DNA of 64,000 nucleotides from Myxococcota bacterium (GTDB lineage: Bacteria; Myxococcota_A; UBA9160; SMWR01), in assembly GCA_050618055.1 (NCBI GenBank), contig JBNLVK010000291.1, forward strand, positions 12,655 to 76,654, given 5' to 3'. The translations under genes and the position numbers were made by a program. Below the pieces are notes generated by a model. The model worked only from the letters and a program-made list of their open reading frames with translations. It searched no databases and was not told where the DNA came from. This document shows positions 42,348-51,243 of this stretch, piece by piece. The stretch's first letter is position 1. Each line of letters starts with the position of its first letter.

Positions 42348-43460
42348 TCAGGGCCGGGAATCGCGCGTGAGGCAGTCCACGATGCGCTGCGCCTCGGCCC
42401 GCGTCTCGTCGGCCGGCACCGCCTCCTGCTCGAGGCGCGCCGCGAACGCGAACGAGGACTGGAAGCCGGGTGCGTCGTCGCAGGTGCGCGAGAGCGTCAG
42501 CTCGCCCGCCGCCAGGCGCTCCGACCAGGCCGTGCGCACCGCCGACCAGAACGGCGCCGTCGCCGTCCAGTAGGCGTCGGCCGCGGTGAAGTCGAAGCCC
42601 TCGATGCGCTCGTAGCGGTCGAGGCCCGCCTCGCGCCCGCGCGATCCGGTGACCGCGCCCTCCTCGAACACCAGCTTCTCGTTGTCCTGCTCGTGCACCC
42701 AGCCCGTCGGCAGCAGGGTGATGCGGTGGCTGCCGGCCAGCACCTGGTAGTCGCTGCGCACGCTGCTCTCGCGCCGGGGCAGGGGACGCCACGCCGCGTC
42801 TCCCGTCCACACCGATCGCCATGCGTCGTGCTGCCAGCGGCCGGTCGACGCGTAGCGCGGCGAGTCGTCGACCTGCCAGACGCTCTGCGACCAGGCGCCG
42901 CTGCGCTGCTCCTCCGAAAGCTCTTGCAACGCGAAGCGTCCGTCGCCCAGGAAGGCCAGCGCGCGCTCGGGCTCGAAGCTCCAGTCCTGGCGCCAGTGCT
43001 TCTGCACGAAGGGGCCCCGGGTCTCGCCGCTCTCGTCCTCCACGAACATCACCAGCGTGTGCTGGAGGCTCACGAAGTCGGGTCGCTCCTCGAGGACGTC
43101 GACGCGCTCGGTCGCCCAGGACCGGTAGGGCGCGGCGGGCTGCCGGCCCGGCTCGTAGAGCACGGTCTCGAGGAAGTCGAAGGAGGTGCGGTACTCGCCC
43201 GCCAGCGCCAGGATGGCGGCCCGGTCGCGTTCCCGGGCCGTCAGTCCCGGCGCCTGCAGGCGTCGCCAGGCAGCGCCGGGCTCCAGGGCCAGGGTCACCT
43301 CGGGGCCCCGCGTCGTGCCGCCCCTGGGCGCCATCTCCGCCGTGTCGGCGAAGGGCCAGCCGAAGACGTAGCGGGGCTCCGGCTGCGGAGAGGCGCAGGC
43401 CATGCCGACGACGCCCGCGAGGATCGCCGCTCGCATGCCCATGCCCATGCCCATGCCCAT
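42348..43460 (-). CDS. DUF6607-like probable lipoprotein
   Basis: RGGTTRG, DR.AIL..AGEY..SFDF.ET, KHWRQDW, QVDDSPRY, RPLPRRE, W.HEQDN.K; start uncertain (43436-43499). Confidence 0.7.
   Translation of the reverse strand: MGMGMGMGMRAAILAGVVGMACASPQPEPRYVFGWPFADTAEMAPRGGTTRGPEVTLALEPGAAWRRLQAPGLTARERDRAAILALAGEYRTSFDFLETVLYEPGRQPAAPYRSWATERVDVLEERPDFVSLQHTLVMFVEDESGETRGPFVQKHWRQDWSFEPERALAFLGDGRFALQELSEEQRSGAWSQSVWQVDDSPRYASTGRWQHDAWRSVWTGDAAWRPLPRRESSVRSDYQVLAGSHRITLLPTGWVHEQDNEKLVFEEGAVTGSRGREAGLDRYERIEGFDFTAADAYWTATAPFWSAVRTAWSERLAAGELTLSRTCDDAPGFQSSFAFAARLEQEAVPADETRAEAQRIVDCLTRDSRP
43434..43460. repeat. Hexanucleotide tandem repeat (CATGCC)4CAT
   Basis: Encodes MGMGMGMGM on minus strand. 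Confidence 0.85.
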
Positions 43461-43495
43461 GTCCGTCAGGGCTCGCCGCACGGCGCGAAGGACCT

Positions 43496-44392
43496 TCACT
43501 CCTTCGCGCTGCGCTCCTCCGCCGCGGCCAGGTGGGTCTTCAGCGGCTGGTCGCGCCAGCTCGCCGCGCTGAAGGGCTTCACGTGGGGCTCCCAGCGCGG
43601 GGGCGCGGCGGGCTGGGGCTCGTCGCCCATCACCGTCACGCGCTGGATCACGCGCTCGCCCTCGAAGTCGTTCAGCACGCAGTGCTGCGTGCAGCGGTTG
43701 TCCCACATGGCGATCGTGCCCGGCTTCCAGTGGTAGCGCACCGTGTGCCGCGGGTTGCTGGCGTGGCGTGTCAGGAAGCCCAGCAGGGCGTCGCTCTCGG
43801 CCAGCGACAGCTCGACGATGCGCCGCGTGAAGTGCTCGTTCACGAACAGCGACTTGCGGCCGGTCACCGGGTGGACGCGCACCACCGGGTGGATCGCGGT
43901 GCGGTCGGGGCGGTGGTGGGGGCCGGCGTCGTGCAGGGCGGTCAGGCCCTCGCAGAACTCCCGCATCGGCGGCGTCAGCTCGTCGTAGGCCTTGTACATG
44001 TTGGCCCACATGGTGTCGCCGCCGTAGGGCGGGCACTTCACCATGTGCAGGATCGCGATCACCGACGGCTGCTCCTGGCAGGAGAGGTCGCTGTGCCACT
44101 CGTCGGCCACCGCGCCGGCGCCGCCCTCGGCGCGCAGCTCGAAGAACTCGGGGCGCTCGCCGCCCAGCTGGAGGTTCGGGTGGGCTTCCAGCTCGCCGAA
44201 CAGGCGTCCGAAGGCGATGTGGCTGTCCGGGTCGAGCTGCTGCTCCGGGAAGAACAGCACCTGGTGCTCCATCAGCAGCGAGCGGATCTTGTCCGCCTCG
44301 GACGGGCCGGCCTGGGAGAGGTCGATCCCGCGCACCTCGGCTCCCAGCGAGCCCGTGAGCCGCGTCACCTCGAGACCTCGTGCGTTCGTCAT
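43496..44392 (-). CDS. TauD/TfdA family alpha-ketoglutarate-dependent dioxygenase
   Basis: LGAEVRGIDL, WHSD, GGDT, HPVVRVHP, WDNRCTQH. Confidence 0.92.
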   Translation of the reverse strand: MTNARGLEVTRLTGSLGAEVRGIDLSQAGPSEADKIRSLLMEHQVLFFPEQQLDPDSHIAFGRLFGELEAHPNLQLGGERPEFFELRAEGGAGAVADEWHSDLSCQEQPSVIAILHMVKCPPYGGDTMWANMYKAYDELTPPMREFCEGLTALHDAGPHHRPDRTAIHPVVRVHPVTGRKSLFVNEHFTRRIVELSLAESDALLGFLTRHASNPRHTVRYHWKPGTIAMWDNRCTQHCVLNDFEGERVIQRVTVMGDEPQPAAPPRWEPHVKPFSAASWRDQPLKTHLAAAEERSAKE

Positions 44393-44413
44393 GGCTACCT
44401 CCGGACCCCCATT

Positions 44414-45034
44414 CTACTGCGATCGCTCCTGGAAGAGCATGTCCTGGAGCTCCAGCAGGAACTCGGTCTGGCGCGCCGCGGCCTCGGGCGCGAACGGGTC
44501 GATCCCCAGCAGCTCGCGGGTCAGCGGCGCCATGGTCGCGTAGCCGAGCACCAGGTTGTGGAAGCCGGTCACCACCCAGGGCAGCAGCGCCGGGTTCTTC
44601 TTCACGATGGCGTTCTTCTCGGGCGTGAGCAGCATCGCCTTCTGGAAGAAGGGCCGGTACCAGCGGTCGAGCAGCAGCTCCAGCTGCTCGCCGCCGGCCA
44701 GCGTGGCGTACTGCACCACCCGGGCCAGGTTCGGGTTGCGGGCGTGCAGGGCGATCTCGGCGGCCAGCCCGCGCTTGCCGCGCTCCGCCGACGGCGGATC
44801 CGCCAGCACCTGGTCGAGGGTCTCGAGCAGCGGATCGAGCAGCCGCTCCAGCACCGCCACCCACAGCTCCCACTTTCCCCGGTAGTGGTTGTAGATGGCC
44901 TGGGGGCGGATGCCGACCCGGTCGGCCACGTCGCCCAGCGAGGCGGCGTCGTAGCCGCGCTCGGCGAACACCTGCTCCGCAGCGTCGAGGATGCGCTCGC
45001 GGGTCGGCTTGCGGTGATTCGTCGGGGACGGCAT
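44414..45034 (-). CDS. TetR/AcrR family transcriptional regulator
   Basis: [17 protein letters not shown]...SL.DVA.RVGI...AIYNH. Confidence 0.9.
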   Translation of the reverse strand: MPSPTNHRKPTRERILDAAEQVFAERGYDAASLGDVADRVGIRPQAIYNHYRGKWELWVAVLERLLDPLLETLDQVLADPPSAERGKRGLAAEIALHARNPNLARVVQYATLAGGEQLELLLDRWYRPFFQKAMLLTPEKNAIVKKNPALLPWVVTGFHNLVLGYATMAPLTRELLGIDPFAPEAAARQTEFLLELQDMLFQERSQ

Positions 45035-45059
45035 GTTACTGGTTACCAACTAGTAATAT
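45033..45059. promoter_or_regulatory. Palindromic operator between divergent tetR and FAD-oxidoreductase genes
   Basis: ATgTTACTgGTT-ACC-AACtAGTAAtAT in AT-rich 49-bp gap. Confidence 0.65.
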
Positions 45060-45083
45060 CCAGACGCGAGGAATTCCGCAAGG

Positions 45084-46514
45084 ATGAGTGCGACCCCCAG
45101 GAAGGCGTCCCAGGTCTCCGCCTGGACCGCCGAGGCCGACGTCGTCGTGGTGGGGCTGGGCGCCGCCGGGGCCTGCGCGGCCATCGAGGCGGCCGGCGCC
45201 GGCGCCGGCGTGCTGGTGCTCGAGCGGGCCGGGGGCGGCGGCGGCACCACCGCCGCGTCCGACGGGATGATGTACTTCGGCGGGGGCACCGCGCTCCAGC
45301 GCGCCTGCGGCTTCGACGACCCGGTCGAGGAGATGGTGAAGTACCTGATGGCGTCCTCCGGCCCCGAGCCGGACGAGGCGCGCATCCGGGTCTACTGCGA
45401 AGAGAGCGCCGCCCACTTCGACTGGCTGGTGGAGCAGGGCGTGCCCTTCAAGGCCGAGTTCTACCCGGAGCGCATGCTGTCGCCCGGCGAGGAGGGGCTC
45501 ACCTACTCGGGCAACGAGCTGGTGCACCCCTTCCGCGACCTGGCGAAGCCGGCGCCGCGCGCCCACATGCCCCAGAAGGAGGGCCAGGCCGGCGCCTTCC
45601 TGATGCAGAAGCTCGTCGCCAGCGCCGAGCGCGCCGGCGTCGAGATCCGCGCGAACGTGCTGTGCGAGCGGCTGGTGGTGGACGACGACGGGCGCGTGGT
45701 GGGGGTGCAGGCCACGAGCGCCGGCGAGGAGCAGAGCTTCCGCGCGCGGCGCGGCGTGGTGCTGTGCGCCGGCGGCTTCATCAACGATCGCGAGATGGTG
45801 AAGCAGTACGCCCCCGAGATCCGCCGGGCGCGCTTCAAGGCCGCCACCGACGGCGACGACGGGCGCGGCATCCGCATGGGCATGGGCGCCGGCGGCGCGG
45901 CGATCCGCATGGACAAGGCGTCGGTGACGCTGCCCTTCTACCCGCCGAAATCGCTGATGAAGGGCATCTTCGTGAACGCGGCGGGCCAGCGCTTCATGCC
46001 CGAGGACGTCTACCAGGGGCGCGCCGGCGAGATCGCCCTGGGCCGGCAGGACGGCCGGGTCTGGCTGGTGCTCGACGACGCCACCTTCGAGCGGCCGCTG
46101 TTCGCCGGCGGCGAGATCCACGCCGGCGAGACCATCGAGGAGATCGAAGGGGAGTGCGGCTTTCCGCCGGGCGCGCTGCGCCAGACCCTCGACTTCTACA
46201 ACGCCCACGCGGCGCGCGGCGAGGATCCGCTGTTCCACAAGGCGCCCGAGTACCTGGTGCCGCTCACCACGGCGCCCTTCGGCGTGATCGACCTGTCCTG
46301 GGACAAGGCCATCTACGCGGCCTTCACCCTGGGCGGCCTGGCCACCGACACGCAGGCGCGCGTGCTGACGCCGGACGGCGACCCGGTGCCCGGCCTGTTC
46401 GCGGCGGGACGCACCGCCGCCTCCATCTCCTCGCCCGGCTACTCGAGCGGCACCTCCATCGGCGAGGCCACGCTCTACGGACGCATCGCCGGGCGCAACG
46501 CGGCCTCGGCCTGA
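45084..46514 (+). CDS. FAD-binding dehydrogenase (3-ketosteroid dehydrogenase TesI/KstD-like, FAD_binding_2)
   Basis: VVVGLGAAG, GGGTALQ, AGGF, FTLGGL, GLFAAGR, YSSG.S. Confidence 0.75.
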   Translation: MSATPRKASQVSAWTAEADVVVVGLGAAGACAAIEAAGAGAGVLVLERAGGGGGTTAASDGMMYFGGGTALQRACGFDDPVEEMVKYLMASSGPEPDEARIRVYCEESAAHFDWLVEQGVPFKAEFYPERMLSPGEEGLTYSGNELVHPFRDLAKPAPRAHMPQKEGQAGAFLMQKLVASAERAGVEIRANVLCERLVVDDDGRVVGVQATSAGEEQSFRARRGVVLCAGGFINDREMVKQYAPEIRRARFKAATDGDDGRGIRMGMGAGGAAIRMDKASVTLPFYPPKSLMKGIFVNAAGQRFMPEDVYQGRAGEIALGRQDGRVWLVLDDATFERPLFAGGEIHAGETIEEIEGECGFPPGALRQTLDFYNAHAARGEDPLFHKAPEYLVPLTTAPFGVIDLSWDKAIYAAFTLGGLATDTQARVLTPDGDPVPGLFAAGRTAASISSPGYSSGTSIGEATLYGRIAGRNAASA

Positions 46515-46528
46515 AGAAAGGAACCAAC

Positions 46529-47710
46529 GTGGTCCAGTACGATCCCTACTCCGACCAGATCAAGGACGATCCGTATCCGGTGTACGCCGAGATGCGCAAG
46601 CACGAGCCGGCCTGCTTCGTCGAGGAGTACGACGCCTGGTTCCTGTCGCGCTTCGACGACATCTGGCGGGTCGGACCCGACGGCAGGCACTTCAGCGCCA
46701 TGGAGGGCACGACGCCGAACCACCTGCTCAGCAAGGACACGCCGCTGAACCTGTCCTTCGCAAGCATGGACCCGCCCCAGCACTCGAAGTACCGGGCGCA
46801 GGTGAACGAGCACTTCAAGCCGGCCACCGTCGCGAAGATGGAGTCGCACATGGCGGCGATCGTGAAGGGCCTGGTCGACGACTTCATCGGGAAGGGCCGC
46901 TGCGACCTGGTGCAGGACTTCGCCGTGCAGGTGTCGGTGCGGGGCGCGCTCAGCGTGGCGGGGCTGCCGCTCGAGCTGGCCAGCGAGGGCGTGCGCTGGG
47001 TGAACGACATCTTCCACCGCGAGGACGACCACAAGGGCGTGACCGAGGTCGGCACGACGGCGATGAAGGACATGTTCTTCACGCTGCTCGACCACGTGAA
47101 GGCGGCCCGCAAGGATCCGGAGAAGGCGGAGGGCATCCTCAGGACGCTGCTCACCACCGACGTGGCCGGCGACAGGATGGACGACTTCCGCATCGCGTCG
47201 CTCGCCTCGGTCATCCTGATCGGCGGCACCGACACGCTGCCCAAGGCGCTGGCCGCCACGCTGCACCGCCTGTGGCTGAACCCGGAGCAGCGGGAGACGC
47301 TGCTGGGCGACCTGTCGCTGGTGCAGGACGCCTTCCTCGAGGGCCTGCGCATCGACACCCCGACCCAGCACCTGGGCCGCACCGTCACGAAGGAGATCGA
47401 GTTCCACGGGCACACGCTGCAGCCGGGGCAGAAGGTGATGCTGATGTGGGCCTCGGCCAACCGGGACGAGAACGAGTTCGACGCCCCCGGCGAGTACCGC
47501 ATGACCCGGCGCCCGCCGCGCATGCTGGCTTTCGGCCACGGCATCCACATGTGCCTGGGCAAGCACGTGGCGCTGCTCGAGGCGCGGCTGGCGCTCACCG
47601 AGCTGCTGTCGCGCATTCCGCGCTACGAGATCGACGTCGAGAACGCGGTGCGCAACCGCACCGAGTTCGTGCAGGGCTGGCTGAACCTGCCGGCCACCTG
47701 GGAGGTCTGA
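46529..47710 (+). CDS. Cytochrome P450
   Basis: MDPPQH..YR, GGTDT, EGLR, SANRDE, FGHGIHMCLG. Confidence 0.93.
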   Translation: MVQYDPYSDQIKDDPYPVYAEMRKHEPACFVEEYDAWFLSRFDDIWRVGPDGRHFSAMEGTTPNHLLSKDTPLNLSFASMDPPQHSKYRAQVNEHFKPATVAKMESHMAAIVKGLVDDFIGKGRCDLVQDFAVQVSVRGALSVAGLPLELASEGVRWVNDIFHREDDHKGVTEVGTTAMKDMFFTLLDHVKAARKDPEKAEGILRTLLTTDVAGDRMDDFRIASLASVILIGGTDTLPKALAATLHRLWLNPEQRETLLGDLSLVQDAFLEGLRIDTPTQHLGRTVTKEIEFHGHTLQPGQKVMLMWASANRDENEFDAPGEYRMTRRPPRMLAFGHGIHMCLGKHVALLEARLALTELLSRIPRYEIDVENAVRNRTEFVQGWLNLPATWEV

Positions 47711-47711
47711 G

Positions 47712-48113
47712 ATGACGAAGTTCCGCATCCTGCTTCCGCTGCTTCCGCTCTCGCTCCTGCTCGCGCTGGCCGCCTGCGCGAGCCCCGACCCGCGCGCCGC
47801 CACGATCACGCCGGACGCGCTGGCGGAGCGCATCGCCGAAGGCGACGCGCCGCTGGTGCTCGACGTGCGCAGCCAGTCCGAGTACGAGTCCGGCCACATC
47901 CCGGGCGCCGTCTGGATCCCCCACGACGAGCTGGCGTCGCGGCTGTCCGAGCTGCCGGCCGACAAGGACACGGAGATCGTGGTGCACTGCCAGAGCGGTC
48001 GCCGCGCCGGCATGGCCGAGACGGTGCTGGGCGACGCCGGCTACACCCACGTCGTCGACCTGGAGGGCCACTGGGAGGTGTGGTCGGCGGGCGACTACCC
48101 GAAGGAGCCCTAG
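47712..48113 (+). CDS. Rhodanese-like lipoprotein
   Basis: Lipobox LAAC; DVR...EY..GHIPGA, HCQSGRRA. Confidence 0.88.
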   Translation: MTKFRILLPLLPLSLLLALAACASPDPRAATITPDALAERIAEGDAPLVLDVRSQSEYESGHIPGAVWIPHDELASRLSELPADKDTEIVVHCQSGRRAGMAETVLGDAGYTHVVDLEGHWEVWSAGDYPKEP

Positions 48114-48126
48114 CGGCGGGTTGGCG

Positions 48127-48633
48127 CTACCCGGCCGGGGGCCGCCACGTCGGCGCGTCGAAGAAGGCGCGCTCGCGGTCGGCGAAGGCGTTCTCGATGA
48201 CGCGCGGCGCCCAGCCCTGGAGCGGCAGCGTCTTCACCTCTTCGCGGGTGAAGGCGCGCACCTCGCTCACCTCCTCGCCGTCCGGGCGCAGGCGGCCGCC
48301 GACCACGCGCGCCAGGAAGACCGTCATCATGAACGACACGGCGTCGCCGTTGTCGTAGGTGGTGCGGAACCCGGGGCCGCCGTACACGCCGATGGTGCGC
48401 AGCAGCTCGACGTGCAGGCCGGTCTCCTCCCACATCTCGCGCAGCGCGGCGTCGGCGGGCACCTCCAGCGGCTCGACGCCGCCGCCGGGCGTGGCCCACA
48501 ACCCGCTCTCGGCGTGGCGCACCAGCAGCACGCGATCCCGCTCGTCGAAGGCCAGGATCGTGACCGACGGGATCTCGAGGAGCTGCGTCCCGATCTTCTC
48601 GCGGATCCGGCGCATGGAGTCCGAGATGGGCAT
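48127..48633 (-). CDS. NUDIX hydrolase
   Basis: PGGGVEPLE....AALREMWEETG Nudix box. Confidence 0.9.
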   Translation of the reverse strand: MPISDSMRRIREKIGTQLLEIPSVTILAFDERDRVLLVRHAESGLWATPGGGVEPLEVPADAALREMWEETGLHVELLRTIGVYGGPGFRTTYDNGDAVSFMMTVFLARVVGGRLRPDGEEVSEVRAFTREEVKTLPLQGWAPRVIENAFADRERAFFDAPTWRPPAG

Positions 48634-48709
48634 CCGGGTTCCTCCGCCGGCAGCTTCGCCCAGCCGGGGCGCCGCTTCACCCCGCGCGGCGGGGTGCCGA
48701 TGAGCAGGC

Positions 48710-49144
48710 ATGCGTCCCGCTCCCCCCCTCGGCCCGCTGCTCGTCTGCTGGCTGGCGTCCGCGGCAGCCCTGGCCTCGTCCGACGCGCTGCTGCGCGAGC
48801 GCGAGGTGCGCGGCTGGGACGTGGTCCGCGAGGCGCCGGTGCACGCGTCGGACGATCGCGACCTGGCCGAGTGGGGCGTGCGCGTGAAGCACGTGCGCCA
48901 CTACGCGCGCAAGCTGGGGAGCGACATCCAGGTGTGCAGCGTGGAGCTCTGGATCTTCGAGGACGAAGGCCGCGCGGCGGCCGCCGCCGGCGGCTTCCAC
49001 TACCCGGACTGGCGCATCGACCGGGTGGGCGCCTCGCTGGTGATGCTGCACGGATCGATCCGCCACCGCGGCGGCGGCGGCGAGCGCGGCGTCTTCCCCG
49101 ACTGCGAGGCGCTGGGCGCACGCGTCCGCGATCGGGCCGGTTGA
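48710..49144 (+). CDS. Hypothetical secreted protein
   Basis: Signal-peptide-like N-terminus (AALA|S); fills gap, GC3-rich codons. Confidence 0.55.
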   Translation: MRPAPPLGPLLVCWLASAAALASSDALLREREVRGWDVVREAPVHASDDRDLAEWGVRVKHVRHYARKLGSDIQVCSVELWIFEDEGRAAAAAGGFHYPDWRIDRVGASLVMLHGSIRHRGGGGERGVFPDCEALGARVRDRAG

Positions 49145-49176
49145 CCGCCGCGGGCGTGCACGGATAGCGTACGCCC

Positions 49177-49872
49177 ATGGAGAAGCTCGCCAGCGTCCTG
49201 TGGAAGCCCGCCGACCAGCCCGACCAGGCCTTCGCCGACGCCCTGCTGGCCGCCGCACCCGAGCTGGCCAAGCAGGGCGCCATGAAGCTGCGCATCGACG
49301 TGGCCGACGACGCGGTGGCCGACGGCGCCGGCGTGCGCGTCGGCCGCATGGATCCCCCGAAGGCGGCGGTGGTCTTCTACTGGCTCGACCTGGCCGACGA
49401 TCGCGGACCGGTCGAGGCCGTGCTCGCGCCGCTGGCGTCGCGCGTCGAGACCTTCCTGGTGGTCGAGGCGGAGCCCGTGAAGAACACCGCGCACGTGGCG
49501 CCGCTGGGCCGGCGCACACCCGGCTTCAACTTCGTCACCTGCATCCAGCGCAAGCCCGGGCTGTCGGACGCCGAGTTCCTGTCCCACTGGCACGTCGAGC
49601 ACCGGCGCTGCGCCGTCGAGACCCAGAGCACCTTCGCCTACGTGCGCAACGAGATCGTGCGGGCCTATTCGGACACGGCGCCCGCCTGGGAGGCGATCGT
49701 CGAGGAGAGCTTCCCGATCGAGGCGCTCACCGACCCGAAGGTCTGGTACGCCGCGAAGGACGACGCGCAGCTCGCGAAGAACCGGGGCTGGATGATCGAG
49801 AGCTGCCTCGCCTTCCTCGCCCTCGACCAGGTCGAGGGCCACCCGATGAGCGAGTACGTCTTTCAACGCTGA
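49177..49872 (+). CDS. EthD domain-containing protein
   Basis: RKPGLS..EF..HW...H, YVRN, IVEE.FP. Confidence 0.75.
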   Translation: MEKLASVLWKPADQPDQAFADALLAAAPELAKQGAMKLRIDVADDAVADGAGVRVGRMDPPKAAVVFYWLDLADDRGPVEAVLAPLASRVETFLVVEAEPVKNTAHVAPLGRRTPGFNFVTCIQRKPGLSDAEFLSHWHVEHRRCAVETQSTFAYVRNEIVRAYSDTAPAWEAIVEESFPIEALTDPKVWYAAKDDAQLAKNRGWMIESCLAFLALDQVEGHPMSEYVFQR

Positions 49873-49914
49873 CTGGTGTATGATGCGTCGGGGAAGGGGA
49901 GCGGGGGTTCCACC

Positions 49915-51243
49915 ATGAAGCTCGTTCCGTTGCTCTCTTGTCTCCTGCTGCTCGCCGCCTGCGCGAGTCCGCCCGTCGCGCCCCCGACGGCGCCCCTCGA
50001 CGACCCGCTGCTCCAGAGCGCCGGGCTCCAGCGCGAGCGCGGCCGGCTGGAGCTGCCGCCGCTGGACCCGGGTCTGGAACGGGCGCGACTGGTCGCCCAC
50101 TTCGACCGGGTGCTCGAACGCCTCGAGGCGGGCCGGGCGCCCGCGCCCGATCTCGAGGAGCGCCGCGCCCTCCAGATCGAACGCCTGCGCCGCTACCGCG
50201 ACGCGGGTCGCTTCCCTCTGAACCGGGAGGGCCACGGCCTGACCCTGCCGATCTTCGTCGACGCCGAGGACACGGCCTGCGCCGTCGGCTGGCTGATGCG
50301 CGAGGACGGCTGGCGCGCGGAGGTCGAGGCCATCCGCCGCGCCGACAACCACGTCTACGTGGACGACGTCGAGGACGGTCCGCTGCTGGCCTGGGTCGCC
50401 ACGTCCGGGCTCACCCGCGAGGAGGCGGCGATCATCCAGCCCGGCTACTCGCCGCCTACCCTCGGATCGACCTTCGACGACCTGCTCGGCGGCGGGTCGC
50501 AGGTCGGCGCGGGACTCCTCTACCAGAACTTCACGCTCAGCCGCTCGACCCCCGGTGTCTCGGCGGAGGTGTGCGTGCTCTCGCCCGACTTCGCGAGCTG
50601 CCAGACACCGATCGATCCCGCCAGCGTCTCGCCGCTCGACGCGGTGGGCGTCGCGGCGGGCAATCTCACCATCACGACGCCCGACTACGAGGAGGACGCC
50701 ACCCTCTCGAACTGGCTCTACGTGGGCGGCGGGACCTCGGGCGACACGCTGGGGACCGACGGCGGCGGTACCGGCTACTCGATCATCGAGGTGGGCTACG
50801 ACGTCATGGTCACCGACCCGAACCTGGCGATCGGCGAGGTGCTGCTCCAGTCGTCCGGGTTCATCAACGAGAACGAGGCCGCGCCGCGCTCCGACGTCGG
50901 GTTCACCATCGCTACGGGCCTCGTCTGGGAGACCAGCCTGGTGGTCGGCTCGGTGTTCGAGAGCGGCGGCAGCGTGCTGGCGGATCTCACGGTCGGCGAC
51001 GACCCGGCGGACCTGACGACGCCGTTCATCCCCGGCGCGCCGCAACTGCTGTCGGGAAGCGAGCGCCAGACGATCGCACCGGTGTCGAGCCTGCACGTGA
51101 CCACCCGCGTCTTCGTCTTCGACGACGCCATCCTCCACGGCTTCTTCCACGAGTTCGACCTGGTGCCGATCCCGGAGCCGGGCACGGCGGCGCTGCTGGT
51201 GCTGGGGCTCGTGGCGCTGGGACTGCGCGGGCGGAAGCGCTAG
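49915..51243 (+). CDS. Lipoprotein-signal protein with C-terminal PEP-CTERM sorting domain
   Basis: MKLVPLLSCLLLLAAC lipobox; IPEPGTAALLVLGLVALGLRGRKR. Confidence 0.8.
   Translation: MKLVPLLSCLLLLAACASPPVAPPTAPLDDPLLQSAGLQRERGRLELPPLDPGLERARLVAHFDRVLERLEAGRAPAPDLEERRALQIERLRRYRDAGRFPLNREGHGLTLPIFVDAEDTACAVGWLMREDGWRAEVEAIRRADNHVYVDDVEDGPLLAWVATSGLTREEAAIIQPGYSPPTLGSTFDDLLGGGSQVGAGLLYQNFTLSRSTPGVSAEVCVLSPDFASCQTPIDPASVSPLDAVGVAAGNLTITTPDYEEDATLSNWLYVGGGTSGDTLGTDGGGTGYSIIEVGYDVMVTDPNLAIGEVLLQSSGFINENEAAPRSDVGFTIATGLVWETSLVVGSVFESGGSVLADLTVGDDPADLTTPFIPGAPQLLSGSERQTIAPVSSLHVTTRVFVFDDAILHGFFHEFDLVPIPEPGTAALLVLGLVALGLRGRKR

Noticed and set aside
42327..42350. Hairpin GACCTCC/GGGGGTC between convergent genes
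   Set aside because: Possible weak bidirectional terminator but has no U-tract; ordinary
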